Shown piece after piece: positions 1-5,819 of a DNA stretch of 14,389 nt (position 1 is its first letter; each line of letters begins with the position of its first letter). The translations under genes were made by a program, and so were the position numbers. This stretch comes from a virus (Duplodnaviria > Heunggongvirae > Uroviricota > Caudoviricetes). The notes under the pieces were generated by a model. It was given only the letters and a program-made list of their open reading frames with translations. It was not told where the DNA came from and made no database searches. The stretch spans positions 1 to 14,389 of IMG/VR virus record IMGVR_UViG_3300015157_000027; one strand, 5' to 3'.

Positions 1-477
1 ATCCTTACCGAACTGGTACTCTCCACCTGGATAGTCGGCATGGGCTATAACGATAGTTTCATGCCCGGTGTTCAGCTCAATGATATAGGGCAGACGCTTT
101 ACCAGCTCCACCAGCGCCCTGGCTAATATTTCCTGATCAGTGTCCAGCATGAAGAACCATTGACCACCATTCATTAGCCAGTTATTCACATTGCCTGCGG
201 GACTTAACGCATCGATCATTAATCGCTCGTGGTTTCCCATAACCGACCGAAACCAGGGCATCTGCAATAGCTCCAGGCATTCAACATTTTCGGTGCCGCG
301 ATCGATAAGGTCGCCAACCGATATCAGTAAATCCTGTGTCGGGTCAAAATCCACACGATGGAGTTCATTCATAAGTAGGGTGCAGCAACCGTGCAAATCA
401 CCAACAACCCATATGTTTCTGTAGCCTGAACCATCAATACGGCTATATAAATTCACTTCATGCAGCGCCTGATTCAT
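1..477 (-). CDS. Serine/threonine protein phosphatase, lambda PPase (ORF221)-like metallophosphoesterase; 3' end runs off the window
   Basis: Reverse-strand translation from ATG at 477 reads [31 protein letters not shown]...[10 protein letters not shown]...MGNHE..., carrying the calcineurin-like motifs GDxHG, GDxxDRG and GNHE and matching by eye the N-terminus of lambda phosphatase. The frame stays open to position 1, so no stop lies in the window, which is why the ORF track omits it. Start overlaps the stop of the upstream gene (ATGA). Confidence 0.85.
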   Translation of the reverse strand, partial: MNQALHEVNLYSRIDGSGYRNIWVVGDLHGCCTLLMNELHRVDFDPTQDLLISVGDLIDRGTENVECLELLQMPWFRSVMGNHERLMIDALSPAGNVNNWLMNGGQWFFMLDTDQEILARALVELVKRLPYIIELNTGHETIVIAHADYPGGEYQFGKD

Positions 478-785
478 GCGGCAACCTTCTCCCGCAGCCA
501 GATACAAACCGGGCCATCTTCAGTGTCATGAATAGAGCCAACAAACCATCCTTCGCCCTCTGGTCGCTCTGGTTCCCAGGCGGCAATATCGGGACCATCT
601 GCGTCCAGATTAAAATGATCTTCATCCATACTGCGAATAGTCCACTGAAGATTATTTTCCTTCATCCAGGCGTCAAATTCCTCAGTGGATATATATTCAC
701 GACCTGCGCAAAACTTTTCATACTCCGGATGTGTCCAGCAGCCATATTCATCACGTTCTACCGGCATTTCTTTAATTGTGTTCAC
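474..785 (-). CDS. Hypothetical protein (103 aa), nin-region small ORF translationally coupled to the phosphatase gene
   Basis: ORF on the operon strand; its stop overlaps the phosphatase start and its start overlaps the upstream ORF stop (4-nt overlaps). No family recognised. Confidence 0.55.
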   Translation of the reverse strand: MNTIKEMPVERDEYGCWTHPEYEKFCAGREYISTEEFDAWMKENNLQWTIRSMDEDHFNLDADGPDIAAWEPERPEGEGWFVGSIHDTEDGPVCIWLREKVAA

Positions 786-1006
786 TCTTCATCCTCCAAA
801 TCAGCAACCGCGTCCATCACATCAGAACCGCGAATAACTTCAAAAGCGCGGCAGGCCATTTGAAATACCCGTTGCTCTTGCGGGTGCGGAGACTCCCAAT
901 ATTTGAAGCCTGGGCGATGCGTGTACCCCATCATGGAATAAAAATCGCCAGCAAGTTCAATCGCGGCATCAACAAGTTCGCGATTTGTCATCGTCTGTTC
1001 TGTCAT
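782..1006 (-). CDS. Hypothetical protein (74 aa), acidic C-terminus
   Basis: ORF in the operon direction with 4-nt overlaps to both neighbours; no recognisable motif. Confidence 0.5.
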   Translation of the reverse strand: MTEQTMTNRELVDAAIELAGDFYSMMGYTHRPGFKYWESPHPQEQRVFQMACRAFEVIRGSDVMDAVADLEDEE

Positions 1007-1278
1007 TTGGTTTTCTCCTGTCTGAACATCACTATCATCAGGTCGCCTTTTGTCGCTATCCTCGCTGTTGTGCCTGGTTCAATGCTGCCAAGTTCAAATG
1101 CGTCATAGAACGCCTCCAACGCTTTCTGGCGTTTTTCCTGTTTGCGGCGCTTTCCCCACTGCTTTAGAAAAACAGAGGCCGCCCACTTCCCCGCACTGAA
1201 CATGATGAAAAACCAACCGAGAAGCGCCAGACCGGTATTCAGGAGCGTATCGATCGTTATTGTCGTGTCGATATTCAC
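1003..1278 (-). CDS. Hypothetical membrane-anchored protein (91 aa): one N-terminal hydrophobic helix followed by a basic K/R-rich segment
   Basis: Translation contains LLNTGLALLGWFFIMFSAGKW followed by KQWGKRRKQEKRQK; overlapping start/stop coupling with neighbours. Confidence 0.5.
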   Translation of the reverse strand: MNIDTTITIDTLLNTGLALLGWFFIMFSAGKWAASVFLKQWGKRRKQEKRQKALEAFYDAFELGSIEPGTTARIATKGDLMIVMFRQEKTK

Positions 1279-1754
1279 TGGCTGCTTCCTCTTCGAAGCT
1301 CATCGGCAAAGTCAGTTGCATGTTCACCGAGTAGTTTCCAGTTATCGCGTATATCAGATGCAAGCGACTGTTCGGATTTTGAGTTACATTTCTGTGCAAA
1401 CATCTCCAATCCCTGCGCCCGGACTTCAGCCAGGAAAGCATCAGTGGTTGGCGTTTCAGGTATCTGTCTCCTCATCCGTTCTATTGCATGATTGAACCCG
1501 AAGTCTTCCGCGAGAGATACGTCATCCATATTGTCATTGTCATCCTCAATATCCCGTGATTCTGGAATTGCAGACTTTATTCCCGCATTCTCCGCCGCCA
1601 GCGCATTAGCACGCACCAGTTGCACTTCCAGTTGCGTTGCCAAATCGCTGATCAGCTTTGCCACACTACGCATATCAACGGCACCACATTCTGCTTTCAG
1701 TTCCGAAGCCATCTCATGCCCGGCGGCAACTAACCCTTTGATATTACTTTCCAT
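1275..1754 (-). CDS. Hypothetical acidic protein (159 aa); possibly Ea22-like phage accessory protein (weak recollection only)
   Basis: Long ORF in the operon direction with a DDNDNMDD acidic tract; preceded by an intergenic region carrying DnaA-box-like 9-mers. Family assignment not verifiable here. Confidence 0.55.
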   Translation of the reverse strand: MESNIKGLVAAGHEMASELKAECGAVDMRSVAKLISDLATQLEVQLVRANALAAENAGIKSAIPESRDIEDDNDNMDDVSLAEDFGFNHAIERMRRQIPETPTTDAFLAEVRAQGLEMFAQKCNSKSEQSLASDIRDNWKLLGEHATDFADELRRGSSQ

Positions 1755-1815
1755 CTTTACCCTCGCTTATCCACATAACTTATTGATAACATTGATAACT
1801 AAAAAGATCGTCGAT

Positions 1816-2160
1816 TCAGAACTCTTCGATTTTCCATCCGCCACCTGCTTTCTTTGGCTTAACCGTTACCCCGATGATTCGGAACGGATACTGATCTGCG
1901 GCGACTTTGGTTTTCACCCTGGCGTCGTCGGTCCAGAAACCTTTCACTTCGTGCAGTTCCATCTCTCCGGTGGCGAGCATCACAGCGAAATCTGGCGTAT
2001 AGAACGTGTTATCAGCTAACCGCAGCTTGATACCCTCGAATCGATACCAGGCGATTTCCCCTGCACGTTTACGCTGCTCAAGATGCTGGCAATACGCAGA
2101 TTCTGTTTTGTTCATCTGGCCTGTTTTGAGTCGACCAAGAGCCTGCATCTGTTTTCTCAT
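1816..2160 (-). CDS. DUF1064-like small PD-(D/E)XK-fold protein (putative nuclease/resolvase-like), nin region
   Basis: 114 aa; YTPDFAV ... ELHEVKG arrangement is consistent with a D...E-x-K nuclease core. Its RBS (GAGGT) lies inside one of the 15-bp operator-like palindromes. Confidence 0.6.
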   Translation of the reverse strand: MRKQMQALGRLKTGQMNKTESAYCQHLEQRKRAGEIAWYRFEGIKLRLADNTFYTPDFAVMLATGEMELHEVKGFWTDDARVKTKVAADQYPFRIIGVTVKPKKAGGGWKIEEF

Positions 2161-2163
2161 GAT

Positions 2164-2240
2164 TTACCTCTGAGGTAATTAAAAACCACATAAGACACGA
2201 AATCAATAGAGTTTAGAATATTTTATTACCTGATGGGTAA
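2164..2240 (-). promoter_or_regulatory. Candidate repressor-controlled promoter in front of the DUF1064 gene: two palindromes (2164-2178 TTACC-TCTGA-GGTAA; 2226-2240 TTACC-TGATG-GGTAA) flanking sigma70-like -35/-10 elements
   Basis: Read on the minus strand: TTGATT (plus 2201-2206), 17-bp spacer, TTTAAT (plus 2178-2183). One palindrome sits about 20 bp upstream of the -35 and the other overlaps the -10/+1/RBS, the same layout as the pL-like promoter at 5268-5345. Confidence 0.5.
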
Positions 2241-2251
2241 TTATTTGAGCG

Positions 2252-2272
2252 TAAAAAAATGCGCTATCGCGC
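2252..2272 (-). terminator. Weak tR2-like intrinsic terminator or attenuator just downstream of the P-like gene
   Basis: On the minus strand: short GCGC/GCGC stem with GATA loop followed by A + T7 (plus-strand A7 run at 2253-2259). Stem is only 4 bp, so low confidence. Confidence 0.3.
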
Positions 2273-2277
2273 TGGTA

Positions 2278-3078
2278 TTACTTGATAAATCCTGCCGCCT
2301 TTCCTCGCCTGTATTCCTCCATCAGCCACTGCGCCGGTGTTATTCCCCCAAGGGTGGCGGCGTTAGGCATGCATCCGAAACTTCGCCCTGGTGGATGGTA
2401 AACGTCTCTCCCTGTGTCCGGAGGTGTACTCATGGGCTCTGGCTTTGCCTGTATGCTGATCACCGGATCGGGTATCTGCTGTCCAGAAGCCACCTTTTTC
2501 GCCCAATCATCGAGCAGCCTGCGCGCATGTTTCTCAACCTCAATCTCGCTAAGCTGGCGCTGATACATTGCACGGCGGGTATCACATACGACCCAGTACA
2601 TAACCGGATGTCGCCACGGGAATCTTTCGGGACTACCAGGATATAAACTTTTTTCCTTGCTGTACCGGTGAAACTCCGCCATCACATCGTCAATGGTGAC
2701 GCCAAGAACCATCTTGCTGTCTTTGCACCACTTGATGAATTGCCCTGGCGACGGCCAGAACGGAGATTCACTGGCGCGGGCGTGGCGCATACCAGCAGAA
2801 ACCTGTTCACGGGTTCGGATCCCACCTTCGGCAAACGCAGCAATCCACTGCTGTTTTGCAGCGACTTCCTGCTCTGGCGTCTTCAGGTTGGTTACCACTG
2901 CCGCCGGAAACAGTTGTTTCAGCTGTTTGAAAAGGGCATCAACAAGCCTCTCTGCTGACATGTTCACCACGTTGTCATTGTTGGTGTACTGATGCTCATA
3001 ACCTGACATGCGAGAAAGGGCTTCTCCGTCACGGTTTTGTATCGCGGTAAAAACGTTGTTCACAAGAAATCCTCCCAT
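2278..3078 (-). CDS. P: Replication protein P-like DnaB helicase loader
   Basis: 266 aa; segment ...LFPAAVVTNLKTPEQEVAAKQQWIAAFAEGGIRTREQVSAGMRHARASESPFWPSPGQFIKWC... aligns by eye with lambda P (...LATFPASL...RRQWVLAFRENGITTMEQVNAGMRVARRQNRPFLPSPGQFVAWC...). Start is ambiguous: ATG at 3078 or an internal Met about 23 codons in. Confidence 0.85.
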   Translation of the reverse strand: MGGFLVNNVFTAIQNRDGEALSRMSGYEHQYTNNDNVVNMSAERLVDALFKQLKQLFPAAVVTNLKTPEQEVAAKQQWIAAFAEGGIRTREQVSAGMRHARASESPFWPSPGQFIKWCKDSKMVLGVTIDDVMAEFHRYSKEKSLYPGSPERFPWRHPVMYWVVCDTRRAMYQRQLSEIEVEKHARRLLDDWAKKVASGQQIPDPVISIQAKPEPMSTPPDTGRDVYHPPGRSFGCMPNAATLGGITPAQWLMEEYRRGKAAGFIK

Positions 3079-3875
3079 GCTTCAGGGCTGTTCCAGTGCG
3101 GAACGTTGTTATCAGGTAATGTTGATTGCTTCTGTCTGCTAATCTGCAGCCGCCTTGCCAGCTTCTGCTCCCACTGTGCCTGATGGTATGCCTTACCCTC
3201 AGCCATCCAGTAAATTCTGAACTCTGCAAGTTCCTGTGCCGTTGGCAGACTGTCCAGGTAGATCCCCTGCAATGAGCTTTTCCGAAGAAAGTCATCTGAT
3301 GGCTGCCATTGTTCATGCATGACAAATTTGCCTAATTGCCCTGGCCCACCAGGAGGAACAAAGTTATTCATCACGGCGTTGTTTGCGCCGGGGTCATGAT
3401 GCACAGAATCCCCGTTTTTTGTCCTGCTCTCCCTCTCTTGGTTAAATGACTGGTTATATGACTGGTTCTGGATCCCGTTTTTGGGATCATTCAACATCCC
3501 GTTTTTGGGATCATTCAACATCCCGTTTTTGGGTATATTCCCGTTTTCGGTAACATTACCGTTTTCGGGTTCATTGCCCCCCTCTCGGTTGCCTTTAATG
3601 TTCCCGTTTTTGGTTATATTAAGAGAGAAAACCCGCACTCTTTTTGTCGCTCCCTTTCTCTCTCCGGTATCTGAAATAAGCCCCATTTTCATGAGCGATA
3701 TAAGCCCGGCCTGCACGGTTTTTTTATTCAGGCAAGTGTCTTTAACGAGGCGTTCTATGCTGGGGTAGCAGAGGTTATATTCATCGGCTCTGTCAGCCAT
3801 CGAGAGCAGTATGAGCTTTAATGATGAGCTACCTGGATCTGTCTCCCAGGCCCAATCTGTTGCATGTCTGCTCAT
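3060..3875 (-). CDS. Replication initiator, O-like (N-terminal wHTH-like domain, central iteron-encoded repeat linker, C-terminal domain)
   Basis: Sits immediately upstream of, and overlapping, the P-like gene; contains tandem DNA iterons in mid-gene that encode a repeated peptide (PKNGMLND x2 and degenerate NGN repeats), as lambda O contains ori. Protein similarity to lambda O itself is not obvious by eye. Confidence 0.65.
   Translation of the reverse strand: MSRHATDWAWETDPGSSSLKLILLSMADRADEYNLCYPSIERLVKDTCLNKKTVQAGLISLMKMGLISDTGERKGATKRVRVFSLNITKNGNIKGNREGGNEPENGNVTENGNIPKNGMLNDPKNGMLNDPKNGIQNQSYNQSFNQERESRTKNGDSVHHDPGANNAVMNNFVPPGGPGQLGKFVMHEQWQPSDDFLRKSSLQGIYLDSLPTAQELAEFRIYWMAEGKAYHQAQWEQKLARRLQISRQKQSTLPDNNVPHWNSPEAWEDFL
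3471..3620. repeat. Candidate origin iterons: two perfect 24-bp tandem units (ATCCCGTTTTTGGGATCATTCAAC at 3472-3495 and 3496-3519) plus about four degenerate copies of the CCCGTTTT(T/C)GG core
   Basis: Direct reading of the sequence. Core has inverted arms ATCCC...GGGAT. Location inside the initiator gene mirrors lambda ori. Confidence 0.65.
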
Positions 3876-3890
3876 GATTAATCTCCGCTA

Positions 3891-4091
3891 TCAGCTTGAA
3901 TGTTGTGGGGAGGAATTAATCATGATCTGCTTAATCTCTGCCCTGATACGACGGTTTGATTCCATGGTGCACTCAACACAGTGTCCGTTGTAAACCCAGC
4001 GTTCACTGTCATGTCCGTGCTTACATGTTTTTCCGGTGTAGTAGCGTTTAAGTCCGCGCTTTGCGGCATCAATACGTGTAATGATTTCCAT
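3891..4091 (-). CDS. Small zinc-finger-like protein (66 aa) at the cII-equivalent position
   Basis: MEIITRIDAAKRGLKRYYTGKTCKHGHDSERWVYNGHCVECT... with C-x-H-G-H ... H-C-x-E-C spacing. Start chosen at ATG 4091 (RBS-like AACAGGG upstream) rather than the ORF-track start at 4154, whose N-terminal extension looks like read-through of intergenic DNA. Confidence 0.5.
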   Translation of the reverse strand: MEIITRIDAAKRGLKRYYTGKTCKHGHDSERWVYNGHCVECTMESNRRIRAEIKQIMINSSPQHSS

Positions 4092-4171
4092 GGTAAGCCC
4101 TGTTATTAGTATTGGGATTACGGTCATTTTGTGCTGACACAAAAAAAAGATCAACCAGATTTGGTTTTTTA

Positions 4172-4186
4172 TTACCTTTGAGGTAC
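4172..4186. promoter_or_regulatory. Operator-like palindrome TTACC-TTTGA-GGTAC (one half-site mismatch) between the cro terminator and the zinc-finger gene
   Basis: Matches the ATTACC-N5-GGTAAT family; on the minus strand it is followed after 16 bp by TTGATC, a 17-bp spacer and a weak -10 (CAAAAT). Confidence 0.4.
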
Positions 4187-4190
4187 GAAT

Positions 4191-4220
4191 AGATATGAAA
4201 AGACCGCCGGGTGGCGGTCT
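4191..4220 (-). terminator. tR1-like intrinsic terminator downstream of the cro-like gene
   Basis: Stem AGACCGCC / GGCGGTCT (4201-4208 / 4213-4220) with 4-nt loop; on the minus strand the hairpin is followed by UUUCAUAUCU. Confidence 0.55.
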
Positions 4221-4241
4221 ACAGAGGGTTGTAGCTGGATA

Positions 4242-4472
4242 TCATGAGTAGAAGAAGTATGCCAGTTCTGCTTTTGAGCGCAGCCATTGTCTTGATTTAC
4301 AGGCTTTAAAAAGCCCATTCATCAATACTTTACCTGGCATTTTGCGCTTACCTGTTAAGTGAGTCTGGATATAGTGACTCGTCGTTCCGGCTTCCTGTGC
4401 GAAGGCTTCACGCTCATCCGGAGTAAGTGCAAGCCAGTGCTTTTTGAAATCGAAATGTCCGTTATCGCTCAT
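4242..4472 (-). CDS. Cro-like small HTH regulator (76 aa), first gene of the minus-strand early operon
   Basis: Divergent from the repressor gene across an operator-containing intergenic region. Sequence FAQEAGTTSHYIQTHLTGKRKMPGKVL resembles the lambda Cro HTH region ([29 protein letters not shown]) in pattern. Confidence 0.65.
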   Translation of the reverse strand: MSDNGHFDFKKHWLALTPDEREAFAQEAGTTSHYIQTHLTGKRKMPGKVLMNGLFKACKSRQWLRSKAELAYFFYS

Positions 4473-4497
4473 AGCTATTGCCTGATATTTATTTCAG

Positions 4498-4571
4498 ATA
4501 ATAAATATTCACCCATAAGGTAACAAAAATCAAGGATAGTTACCTATGAGGTGCATTTACCTGTTGGGTAA
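4498..4571. promoter_or_regulatory. OR-like switch region: three operator-like palindromes (4509-4523 TCACC-CATAA-GGTAA; 4539-4553 TTACC-TATGA-GGTGC; 4557-4571 TTACC-TGTTG-GGTAA) plus a PR-like promoter for cro
   Basis: Minus-strand promoter: -35 TTGTTA (plus 4521-4526), 17-bp spacer, -10 TATTAT (plus 4498-4503); the first palindrome overlaps the spacer/-35. A PRM-type promoter for the repressor is not clearly resolvable; the repressor ORF has almost no RBS, consistent with a short-leader transcript. Confidence 0.6.
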
Positions 4572-4626
4572 TATTGCTTTAAATTGAATCATCTACTGAT
4601 TCATATATGAGGCGATTTTCCAGAAA

Positions 4627-5211
4627 ATGAAAAGTATCCAGGACGTCCGCAGGCAAAATCTCAACGACTTGATCGACCGTGAATTCAATGGTGTTCAGAC
4701 GCGGATGGCAGAAAAACTTGGAACTCAGGCAAATCTGGTAAACCGCTGGGCTCTTGGCAAGAAGGTTATCGGCGACCAGGTTGCGCGAAAAATTGAAGCT
4801 GCCGCCAATAAACCCCGTAACTGGCTTGATATCGATCGCTCGCTTTCTCAGGAAGGTTTTCAGCCTGTCGGCCCGAGTGATATAGGTCAGCTGGCGGCTC
4901 ACAACCTGGAACGCTGGATGAGCGAAAGCCGCGACCTTTCAACGCAGGGAAAACTACACCGCGCATCCGGCGTCGCCCAGGTGACAATCAGCCGCCTGTT
5001 AAACAATGAGGTCAGCGTTTCCATTTCCACCCTGGAGAATGTTGCATCCGCATTCGGGCGTCACGGATATGAATTACTGATTCACCCGCACGACCCCGCG
5101 ACTATCAACTATGACCGCTCGCGCTACGCATTGTTACCTGAAACAGAGAAGGCAAAGATCGAAAGTTACATTGAATTTGTCATCAACCAGAACGAAAAAA
5201 ACAAACAATAA
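4627..5211 (+). CDS. CI-like prophage repressor composed of two HTH (XRE-type) domains, no recognisable S24/LexA-like autocleavage domain
   Basis: 194 aa; HTH-like segments GVQTRMAEKLGTQANLVNRWALGKK and KLHRASGVAQVTISRLLNNE; no Ala-Gly cleavage site or Ser/Lys dyad region seen. Divergent from cro-like gene and followed by a strong terminator. Confidence 0.75.
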   Translation: MKSIQDVRRQNLNDLIDREFNGVQTRMAEKLGTQANLVNRWALGKKVIGDQVARKIEAAANKPRNWLDIDRSLSQEGFQPVGPSDIGQLAAHNLERWMSESRDLSTQGKLHRASGVAQVTISRLLNNEVSVSISTLENVASAFGRHGYELLIHPHDPATINYDRSRYALLPETEKAKIESYIEFVINQNEKNKQ

Positions 5212-5231
5212 AATCATATTTTTCAGTAAGT

Positions 5232-5258
5232 AAGCCGCCTTATGGCGGCTTTTTTATT
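5232..5258 (+). terminator. Rho-independent terminator after the repressor gene
   Basis: Stem AAGCCGCC / GGCGGCTT with TTAT loop followed by TTTTTATT on the plus strand. Confidence 0.8.
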
Positions 5259-5267
5259 GCCTATTCG

Positions 5268-5345
5268 ATTACCTAACGGGTAATTTTTTTAACTCATATC
5301 TATTGACATCAAACCAGATACGCATAATTATTACCTCAACGGTAA
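5268..5345 (+). promoter_or_regulatory. pL-like early-left promoter with two flanking operators (5269-5283 TTACC-TAACG-GGTAA; 5331-5345 TTACC-TCAAC-GGTAA)
   Basis: Consensus -35 TTGACA at 5303-5308; candidate -10 hexamers CATAAT/TAATTA at 5323-5330; one palindrome lies about 20 bp upstream of the -35 and the other immediately downstream of the -10. Confidence 0.65.
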
Positions 5346-5364
5346 CAGACCGAGGTAACAAGTT

Positions 5365-5517
5365 ATGCAGTGGAAAATCATCAACGGTTGGTACTGCGTT
5401 ACTGCATGCGGATTCATGAGCTGGAAGTTCCGCACCTTACAGGAAGGCATTAAGTGGGCTTTCGTCAGCAAAGAAGCTCGCGATGTAGCCAACGATAACG
5501 AGATATGGGAGGGCTGA
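5365..5517 (+). CDS. Small ORF (50 aa) at the first position of the early-left operon (kil-equivalent position); function unknown
   Basis: Not in the ORF track because it is under 60 aa. ATG at 5365 is preceded by GAGGT at an 8-nt spacing; stop overlaps the next gene start (TGATAATG). Translation MQWKIINGWYCVTACGFMSWKFRTLQEGIKWAFVSKEARDVANDNEIWEG. Confidence 0.4.
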   Translation: MQWKIINGWYCVTACGFMSWKFRTLQEGIKWAFVSKEARDVANDNEIWEG

Positions 5518-5519
5518 TA

Positions 5520-5819
5520 ATGAACGTTAAACAGCAGAAAAATCTTCAAAAAATCATGCTGGCATTCGACAAGGACTACCGCCTGTCAGAACAGCTATAT
5601 GACCGACAAGTTGAACTGATTGAGAGCATCCGACTTCATCAACTGTCCTCAACTTTTGACGTTGTAACAGGCAAAGGCGTTCGTCAGGAAGTACTGGAGG
5701 CTGCTAAAGACAGCCCTGAGTTCGAAGAACTGATGGATGCCTATCGGCGAGAGGCAATGGCAATTATCGCCCGCTGGGATCTGGCGGATCAGCTTGATGG
5801 GCAGAGGGACGCGGCATGA
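5520..5819 (+). CDS. Gam-like protein (99 aa), possible host-nuclease (RecBCD) inhibitor
   Basis: Start taken at ATG 5520 (RBS GGGAGGG) rather than the ORF-track 5505. Same size as lambda GamS and sits directly upstream of the exo/bet analogues; C-terminal DSPEFEELMDAYRREAMAIIA resembles lambda Gam [22 protein letters not shown] by eye. Confidence 0.5.
   Translation: MNVKQQKNLQKIMLAFDKDYRLSEQLYDRQVELIESIRLHQLSSTFDVVTGKGVRQEVLEAAKDSPEFEELMDAYRREAMAIIARWDLADQLDGQRDAA

Noticed and set aside
5-19. TTACC-GAACT-GGTAC operator-like sequence inside the phosphatase coding region
   Set aside because: Single imperfect copy within a CDS and far from any promoter; one such near-match is expected by chance in 14 kb.
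1492-2019. 175-aa plus-strand ORF across the 159-aa and DUF1064 genes
   Set aside because: Antisense shadow ORF overlapping two well-supported minus-strand genes; no RBS and a low-complexity Ser/Ala-rich translation.
2233-2992. Plus-strand ORFs 2233-2646, 2668-2958 and 2693-2992 inside the P-like gene
   Set aside because: All lie antisense to the confidently identified P-like CDS and show no motifs; typical shadow ORFs.
3471-3620. Tandem repeats considered as a possible CRISPR array
   Set aside because: Repeats are directly tandem with no unique spacers, degenerate, and lie inside a coding sequence where they encode a peptide repeat; an origin-iteron interpretation fits better.
3481-3768. 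Plus-strand 95-aa ORF over the iteron region
   Set aside because: Translation is a low-complexity artefact of the tandem iterons, antisense to the initiator gene.
3891-4154. ORF-track N-terminal extension (MIFFLCQHKMTVIPILITGLT...) of the zinc-finger gene
   Set aside because: The extension runs through the promoter/operator region and lacks an RBS; the internal ATG at 4091 has a plausible RBS.
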